IMG/VR virus record: IMGVR_UViG_3300032241_002083 | Location: 1-64,000 of that record | Origin: a virus | DNA length: 64,000 nucleotides | Reading direction: 5' to 3' (one strand) | Part shown: piece after piece, positions 58,701-64,000 of the stretch | Numbering within the stretch: the stretch's first letter is position 1 | How the letters are laid out: every line of letters starts with the position of its first letter | The notes under the pieces: generated by a model | What the model was told of the DNA's origin: nothing | The model's input: only the letters and a program-made list of their open reading frames with translations | Databases searched by the model: none | Program-made: the position numbers and the translations under genes

Positions 58701-61700
58701 CCATTAGTAAATATTCCCGAATACCAAATTTTACCATTAAAAATACCACCATTAAAAGTTCCGTTATACCATGTTGAATTAGTGATAAATATTTGGTTAC
58801 CAAATTGTCCACCATTAAATATACCATTTTCCCAAGAGCAATTTTGTTGTAATATATATGTATCTGTTGATATTATACTTATAGTAAATCCTGTGCCAAA
58901 ACTTGATGAATTTGGTATAGTTGGATAATTGCCTATTGTATAACTGGTGCCTTTATATAGTATTGTATAAGATGAAATATGATTTACTGATGTAGGATAT
59001 AATATTGTATTAGCTATATTAGAATATGTATATCCACTTCCAAAATTAGATAACGTAACTCCTGTAACATTTCCTAAATATCCAACAGATGTTACGATTC
59101 CAGAAGCTGTGCCACCACTTATAGTAAAAGAATCACCCACTATATAGTTTGAACCAGGATCTGATATTATAATATTTGTTATAGGACCCTCATAGCCACT
59201 ATATATTAATGTTGAATATGTTGCAGAAGCTGAGAAACCAGAACCAAAATTTGTAAAATTAATTGAAGAAACACTTCCTCCTGGTGTGACATTTATTATG
59301 CCTGTAGCATAAGATGTGCCACTAAAATTAGGAACATAAATAATTTCAGATGCAGTATAACCATTACCTCCATGCCAAATTGAATAAGAAGCTATACTAT
59401 ATGTTGCATCAGAACTTACGCTGCCAACTAATAATACTAAACCATTACCAGAAATATTACCAACAGAATCTATTAATAAAGTTAAACCAGAACCAGTACT
59501 TATCGAATTAATAATTCCGTAAGCGTCATCATTTCCTCCATATATACTAAAAGTATCACCAATTGAAAATCCATAACCTGGATAGAGAGCAGTTGTGGAA
59601 TAATGTGAAATATTACTAGAAGTATAACCATATATTGATAAAAATTTTCCATTGTTAAATACACCATCTTTCCATTTAGCAAATCCATCAAAAATTCCAC
59701 CATTAAAAGAGCCTTTATACCAAATTGATTCTGATGTATTTCCAAAACTTGTAAATTGTCCATCGTTAAATTGCCCTTGAAACCAATAAACATTTGAATT
59801 TCCACCAATAATTGCATTTTCAACTATACCGTTATAGAAATATGTTTGAGTTGCTCCAAATGAAAGATTTAGTAAATTTCCCATTGTGGTTGTTGATTTT
59901 GGTGAGTTTTTTAATCCTAAAATACCATTATTCCAAATGCCTCCAAGCCAATTAGAATAATATAATCTACCATTATTGAATGTTCCATCTATCCAAATTG
60001 AGTTATAAAATTGCCCAGAATTAAATTGCCCATAATTCCAAGAACGGAAATATCCAACTGCTATATTATCAAAAGATAATAAGGAAGCAGTTAAACTATT
60101 CGAATTTATGAAATATCCATTATTAAATAACCCATTTAACCAGTAGCTATTATTAAAAACTCCATTTGAAAAAGTTTGTGAAGAAAATAGACTATTATAT
60201 GATATAGCATTATTCCAATTAGTATTTAATACATGTGATTTGTAAATATAACCACTGTTATATTGATTATTATCATCTTTTAACAAAGTGTTAATGAATC
60301 TTAGTTGGTTTATATTTAATAAATTAAGATTTTGATCTGTAGTGTCAAAATTGCTATTATAAATTGTTGAATTTATAATTAAAGGAGTTTTAAATAAACC
60401 AGATTCGATTATTGAATTTTTTATTATCAATCTATTTACACTTATATAATTAGGTTGAAAGTTACTAATTGAAAATGTTCCTCCATATGTTAAGCCTAAT
60501 ATGTTGTTAGTTACTTCTGTGACGTATAATTGTCTCCAAGTTGAAATTGTAGTGATGCTATCAACTTTAAATGTTCCAAAAAAAGAAGTTACATTATTAA
60601 AAGGGTCTGTATAATCAATGCCATTTATCCAAATATAGTCGCCTATATTAAAAGTATCATATTGATTATATACATTATTACTAATTTTTATATTCATTGA
60701 ATTAGTAACACCATATATAAGCGATAACCCCAAATTGCTACCATTAATTAAAATTTTCGAAGAATTATCGTTAATATAACTACCACTTTCCCAAGTTGTG
60801 TCTGTTATTATTCCACTTTTAAAATCAGAAATGCATAATGTTGTATTTGTAAATAGACTATTTACATTATCAATTGTTAGAACAGAAGCGGTGGCATAGA
60901 TAGGATAAGTTCCATTATTATACCAATAAATTGCACTACCCAAATCAATATCAATAGAAGCCATTGGTGTTGAATATGCGACCCATTGAGTTGTAAATGA
61001 TGAATTAATATAACTGCTATAAATATTTTCATTAGCATTTTTTGTTGATACAATTATAGTATCTGAACTTAAATCAAAATTATTAAAATAATCTAGAATA
61101 TATTTATTTTCAAGATTTAACCAAACTTTATTTTCGTCATTAAATGAAGATAAATAAAATTGTTTATTCATTGATTTAATGTAAAACGTTTCAAAATCTT
61201 CCAATCTCAATAAATCTGTATCAGATATAAAAAGTTTTAAAACACCTCTATTTGAACCACTTATATTATATGACCATAAATCTGCTTTTAAAATATTTAT
61301 TCCATTATCAGAATTATATGTGCCTGTTGAAACACTATTATAAATTTGATTAGAAGACAATCTGTTATTTATAAGTTGTGAGTTTATTATATTCGAATCA
61401 AATATTTTTGAATTACTTAATAGGGTTGTATTTATATCACATCTTTGAAAATAACCATTAATAGAAGTTATAGAATAAGAGAAACTCAAACCATAATAAA
61501 CATCAATTGTATTTACACCATAATTTGTTAAACCTAAATTGCAATTTATAAAATTGCCATTATTTATATTTATTTCATAAATATCAGAATCTATTATATA
61601 GTTAAACCCATTTCCCTTGTTATTTGTAAAATCTGTTGATTGAACTGGCTTTCCATTATCATCTATTTTAGCATAATAATTTTCAGTTTTTTGATTTATT

Positions 61701-62737
61701 CTTGAATAAGCAGGATAATTATAATTTATATTTCTTGATGCTGTTGTAGAATTAATAGTTATTGGTGATGTTATTAAAATTTCACTACTGTTAAAAAATG
61801 GTGACAATAATGATGTATTTGAATTACTAAAAACAGGAGTTATAGTATCTGATTTAGAATTCATTATTCCTGAAATCCAATTAGAATTTATAAAAATTCC
61901 TGAATTCCAAATTGAATTTCCATACCAATTATTAGAATTAATATATGTGCCAAAAATACCATCATTCCAATTTCCGTTAAATTGCCCACCTCTGAAATTT
62001 AATTTAGATATGTATGGTTTGTATGAAGTTATATCAAACTCCCATGAATTTAATTGCTGATTAAATGAATAAATACCATTTTGTTTTAATATTGTATCTC
62101 CTACTATAATGTCTTCACCTAATATTAACAATTTACCATTATTATATAGAGAATAAGTTGGAATTCCAGAAGTTTTTATATAAAATGAAGAAGTTCCAAG
62201 AAGTGCATATGGGGAGCCCCCAATTATATTCCATATTGATATTGCAGATAAATTTGTAGTTCTTTGATAAAACCCATAACTTATATCACTATAAGTTCCA
62301 AATATATTTGTAGAACCAAAAAAATACGAATCTGTATAAACTATATTATTTGATAAACCATACTCAAATTTATTTTGAAATCCATTATATGTATTAATTG
62401 TAATATTATTAATATAATCAAAATCATGTTGGTTTTTTATATGATAAATTTTTATATAATTATCGGGAGAATCTTGGTTAAATGGCAGAGTTCCTGTGTA
62501 ATCTATATCTAAAATTATGCGGCATCTATCAATAGATATTACGGTATATCCATCAGTTCCAGATGAAAAATTATTAGAAGATATGAAATTATCAGAATCA
62601 TAATTACCATTAATTATAAAAACTTTATCACCAACTTCTAAATTAGTTGCAAATTCAGAATAAAATGCTGTTTTATTAACACCATTTATATTAACTGATT
62701 CAACATAATTAAGTAATCCAGAAGAAAATTTTCCCAT
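55745..62737 (-). CDS. very large virion-type protein with W/F-x-x-G pentapeptide repeats and G-x-G-Y/F repeats
   Basis: 2330 aa; many NGIFNGG/WLNGTW blocks like 24392-29398; DPGSNYIVGD-type repeats typical of baseplate/tail proteins. Confidence 0.65.
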   Translation of the reverse strand: MGKFSSGLLNYVESVNINGVNKTAFYSEFATNLEVGDKVFIINGNYDSDNFISSNNFSSGTDGYTVISIDRCRIILDIDYTGTLPFNQDSPDNYIKIYHIKNQHDFDYINNITINTYNGFQNKFEYGLSNNIVYTDSYFFGSTNIFGTYSDISYGFYQRTTNLSAISIWNIIGGSPYALLGTSSFYIKTSGIPTYSLYNNGKLLILGEDIIVGDTILKQNGIYSFNQQLNSWEFDITSYKPYISKLNFRGGQFNGNWNDGIFGTYINSNNWYGNSIWNSGIFINSNWISGIMNSKSDTITPVFSNSNTSLLSPFFNSSEILITSPITINSTTASRNINYNYPAYSRINQKTENYYAKIDDNGKPVQSTDFTNNKGNGFNYIIDSDIYEININNGNFINCNLGLTNYGVNTIDVYYGLSFSYSITSINGYFQRCDINTTLLSNSKIFDSNIINSQLINNRLSSNQIYNSVSTGTYNSDNGINILKADLWSYNISGSNRGVLKLFISDTDLLRLEDFETFYIKSMNKQFYLSSFNDENKVWLNLENKYILDYFNNFDLSSDTIIVSTKNANENIYSSYINSSFTTQWVAYSTPMASIDIDLGSAIYWYNNGTYPIYATASVLTIDNVNSLFTNTTLCISDFKSGIITDTTWESGSYINDNSSKILINGSNLGLSLIYGVTNSMNIKISNNVYNQYDTFNIGDYIWINGIDYTDPFNNVTSFFGTFKVDSITTISTWRQLYVTEVTNNILGLTYGGTFSISNFQPNYISVNRLIIKNSIIESGLFKTPLIINSTIYNSNFDTTDQNLNLLNINQLRFINTLLKDDNNQYNSGYIYKSHVLNTNWNNAISYNSLFSSQTFSNGVFNNSYWLNGLFNNGYFINSNSLTASLLSFDNIAVGYFRSWNYGQFNSGQFYNSIWIDGTFNNGRLYYSNWLGGIWNNGILGLKNSPKSTTTMGNLLNLSFGATQTYFYNGIVENAIIGGNSNVYWFQGQFNDGQFTSFGNTSESIWYKGSFNGGIFDGFAKWKDGVFNNGKFLSIYGYTSSNISHYSTTALYPGYGFSIGDTFSIYGGNDDAYGIINSISTGSGLTLLIDSVGNISGNGLVLLVGSVSSDATYSIASYSIWHGGNGYTASEIIYVPNFSGTSYATGIINVTPGGSVSSINFTNFGSGFSASATYSTLIYSGYEGPITNIIISDPGSNYIVGDSFTISGGTASGIVTSVGYLGNVTGVTLSNFGSGYTYSNIANTILYPTSVNHISSYTILYKGTSYTIGNYPTIPNSSSFGTGFTISIISTDTYILQQNCSWENGIFNGGQFGNQIFITNSTWYNGTFNGGIFNGKIWYSGIFTNGIFNGSATFSVYKNESNFVNSFTNNNYYGIWLDGFVVTETHLGDPSQRVYPVVPRYNDTKIISKNVTFQNMLWLGGTFSNSSGIINNSAWLNGTFEDGQFNNSAFNPFIDQSLSGSTNSNNFNFNFNNSCIWLNGKLNNSTFYISQWQNGIFNGGYMLGGIWLNGTWLYGTAENIYWQSGLWRNGNWFGTNYDVNSIDTDSMIITNPEAKYVIYNIANWTNETSIHILNIFTGSSVEMIVNPNMSPSGFGWTHSGLLWNWKSNYNKHYWHETSIGGSYTYNWIGETISQPNYQLTYTYSSTSTLYALNSIGTKDIFTDYSSSYTIIITGYIDYPYAPGISTTHPISPIIPHISPVGVVVNVGYTSSTTLCGIGSFTITLNYTAEDIAYWASGTNKSFSIYRTAPLNPYIEEVVILSAQVIESKINYNKNLNNTQYNIWGSSSSITLSATISLPSNIIPETPWNIPVMFGNGQFYSGIWENGVWNNGWRNDSTLTLCDLYLGGSYIRVDSVTHRIQLQFLNDSALPIFNIGDYVSVGNVVGLDINNQRIILRDKFKVVYVDTTNPYDNIVLEYILTTPINYITKDSPNHLIYLSKNVWLSGAFLSGYFSGIWNYGLFKGFPYITEMKDSHLIDGIFDGGHFISSIATASNLKYATSVTYDTGLVQNFIFKDENIGTGTSSLYLSWIDVNYQTTSQVNINTKTTIYETSPIGTYSYYQNRKNLYGSPTFDILSSNSYFKDSITTNTNNYSLGYSSTIYGNLIPNSGNFDSPASSDITNLGLNSLLNNGWTFSNLLGGITHITSNVTYDTSDILSITFSGYNGIVIDNIDISTTQNRYYQISMNLTTYTASNLVFGNIYDSTNFNHALTTNLIKTEWFYNKQQLNLFLVGTNSQISINNLSFYETDMIPFFEYATESDISQTIYPSYIAYAPYIDYTNANFNYIGNVVLSINPTEIGYTGSFYSPAIFTGYTLPLASSVETTPSLRSF

Positions 62738-62780
62738 TCTATATATATCCCTTTAATGTATATATAAAAAGGTTTATTTT

Positions 62781-63344
62781 CTAATAGGTGGATTTTACAT
62801 ATTCTACTAATTTAGTTAAATTACCAGAATTAAGAGGATATTTTTCTACAAGTGATTCTAAAAAATTTAATCTACCTTCTTTATATGCTTCGCCTGTAAA
62901 AGAATATTCTTTATGAATGCCTTTTTCCCATTCTAAAAGAGATTCATAATTTTTTTCTACTATATTCATATCATATTTGTTAAATAATTGTGAAAGATAA
63001 TTTTCCCCTATATGAAATTGTGTATCAATAATAGCTTGTTTTATATCTTTGATATGAATGTTATTTTTATCATTACAGAGAGATTCAAAAAATTTAGCTG
63101 ATTGTAATTCGTTATCTGTATTTTGCGGATTATAAATTATATCATGAAATAAAGCGGTTAATAATAATTTTTCTGTTGTTTTTTCATTTAATTTGCCTGA
63201 TACAAAATCATTTGTAATCATGTTGTTTAAATCTACTAAATGATCTAAATTATGATAGCCTCTATGTGGTTCATTCCACATTTCTAAAAGCATGTTTATA
63301 TTTGCTTTAATGTTATATTTTTCTAATAATTGATGAAATTTCAT
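62781..63344 (-). CDS. HD-superfamily phosphohydrolase
   Basis: EPHRGYHNLDH, ALFHDIIY, DNE..SA. Confidence 0.85.
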   Translation of the reverse strand: MKFHQLLEKYNIKANINMLLEMWNEPHRGYHNLDHLVDLNNMITNDFVSGKLNEKTTEKLLLTALFHDIIYNPQNTDNELQSAKFFESLCNDKNNIHIKDIKQAIIDTQFHIGENYLSQLFNKYDMNIVEKNYESLLEWEKGIHKEYSFTGEAYKEGRLNFLESLVEKYPLNSGNLTKLVEYVKSTY

Positions 63345-63441
63345 AATATAATTAATTTTTTATATTATATATATTTGTTTCACAAAGATACGAAAATTAT
63401 TTTGAGAATTAAATTTTTTAATTTAATTTTGACAAAAAACT

Positions 63442-64000
63442 ATGTTTAAAGTAGGACTTACTGGTAATTATTTTTCGGGATTAGAAGATGTTGCAGAGGT
63501 ATTTAAAAGATTTAATATACCTGTTTTTGAGGCAGATTTAATTGTAAGATTTTTCTTATATAATAATTCAGAAACTATTACAAAAATTAAAAATGAATTC
63601 GGAAAATCCGTGTTTACAGATAATCAAATTGATTTAAATAAATTTGGAGATACTGATGGTTTTAAAAAACTGCTTGCGGTGATTGAATTAGATTTATTAA
63701 AAGCATATGAAAAATGGAGACAAAAAAATCAAAAATCTAAATTTACAATTTTCAAATCTTCTATAATTTTTGAGGCTGGTTGGAATGAGAGTATGAATTT
63801 TAACATTTCAGTTTTTAAACCTAATGGTGTAAGAATAAACGAAATACAAAGGCATTTTAAAATGAAATTAACTGATGTTTATAAAATGATTGATACAGAA
63901 ATGGATGTTTTTCAGAAAAACCGTTTATGTGAATATGTAATTCATAATTATAATACTTATGCAGATTCAGTTGAAAAGCAAATTAATTCAATTACAAAAT
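63442..64000 (+). CDS. coaE: dephospho-CoA kinase-like protein with degenerate P-loop (runs off window)
   Basis: Manual translation MFKVGLTGNYFSGLEDVAEVF...IPVFEADLIV...IKNEFG...IIFE...; Walker A lysine absent. Confidence 0.6.
   Translation, partial: MFKVGLTGNYFSGLEDVAEVFKRFNIPVFEADLIVRFFLYNNSETITKIKNEFGKSVFTDNQIDLNKFGDTDGFKKLLAVIELDLLKAYEKWRQKNQKSKFTIFKSSIIFEAGWNESMNFNISVFKPNGVRINEIQRHFKMKLTDVYKMIDTEMDVFQKNRLCEYVIHNYNTYADSVEKQINSITK

Noticed and set aside
8959-59823. Short ORF-track entries nested in or antisense to long genes (e.g. 8959, 9749, 10013, 11452, 13469, 15576, 18304, 21595, 31405, 41762, 42811, 52892, 58281, 59500)
   Set aside because: Shadow frames of well-supported genes with no motifs or promoters.
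1-64000. Genome-wide TAG reassignment (code 15)
   Set aside because: ORFs up to 2330 aa contain no in-frame TAG, and several genes end cleanly in TAG (31765, 38331, 39100, 40862, 62781).
1-64000. Eukaryotic giant virus or bacterial chromosome
   Set aside because: UvsX/gp46-like genes, GreA, bacterial promoters and terminators, and fibre proteins without housekeeping operons fit a large phage.
1-64000. CRISPR array, rRNA or canonical tRNA
   Set aside because: No regularly spaced direct repeats, rRNA-like segment or complete cloverleaf was seen by eye.

Overview
Very AT-rich (roughly one quarter G+C by eye), gene-dense fragment that reads as a large tailed (T4-like/jumbo) bacteriophage genome in genetic code 11. 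The host is probably Bacteroidota: TAnnTTTG -7 promoters recur, Shine-Dalgarno sites are not evident, and ClpP and Smr look Bacteroidota-like. Contents: large N/S/T-rich virion-type proteins (one with a C-terminal Hint domain, two with W/F-x-x-G pentapeptide repeats); recombination genes (RecA/UvsX, gp46/SbcC, RuvC-like); four free-standing homing-endonuclease-type genes; a translation/proteostasis set (ClpP, DnaJ, GreA, short AspRS, YqeY, Smr, two Pth2-like); and nucleotide/RNA-processing enzymes. Most unusual signals: (1) two adjacent genes (Pth2-like and HD-like) that each begin ATG-(AAG)-TAG in frame; (2) a 192-nt tRNA-shelled RNA with a large structured insert; (3) a shared R-[DEN]-x-[KRQ]-I-x-x-I-L tag, mostly C-terminal, on six small proteins; (4) a T4 capsid-targeting-like N-terminal leader on about nine late-promoter genes; (5) long perfect inverted repeats tied to promoters. 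Family assignments come from motif recognition by eye, not from database searches.
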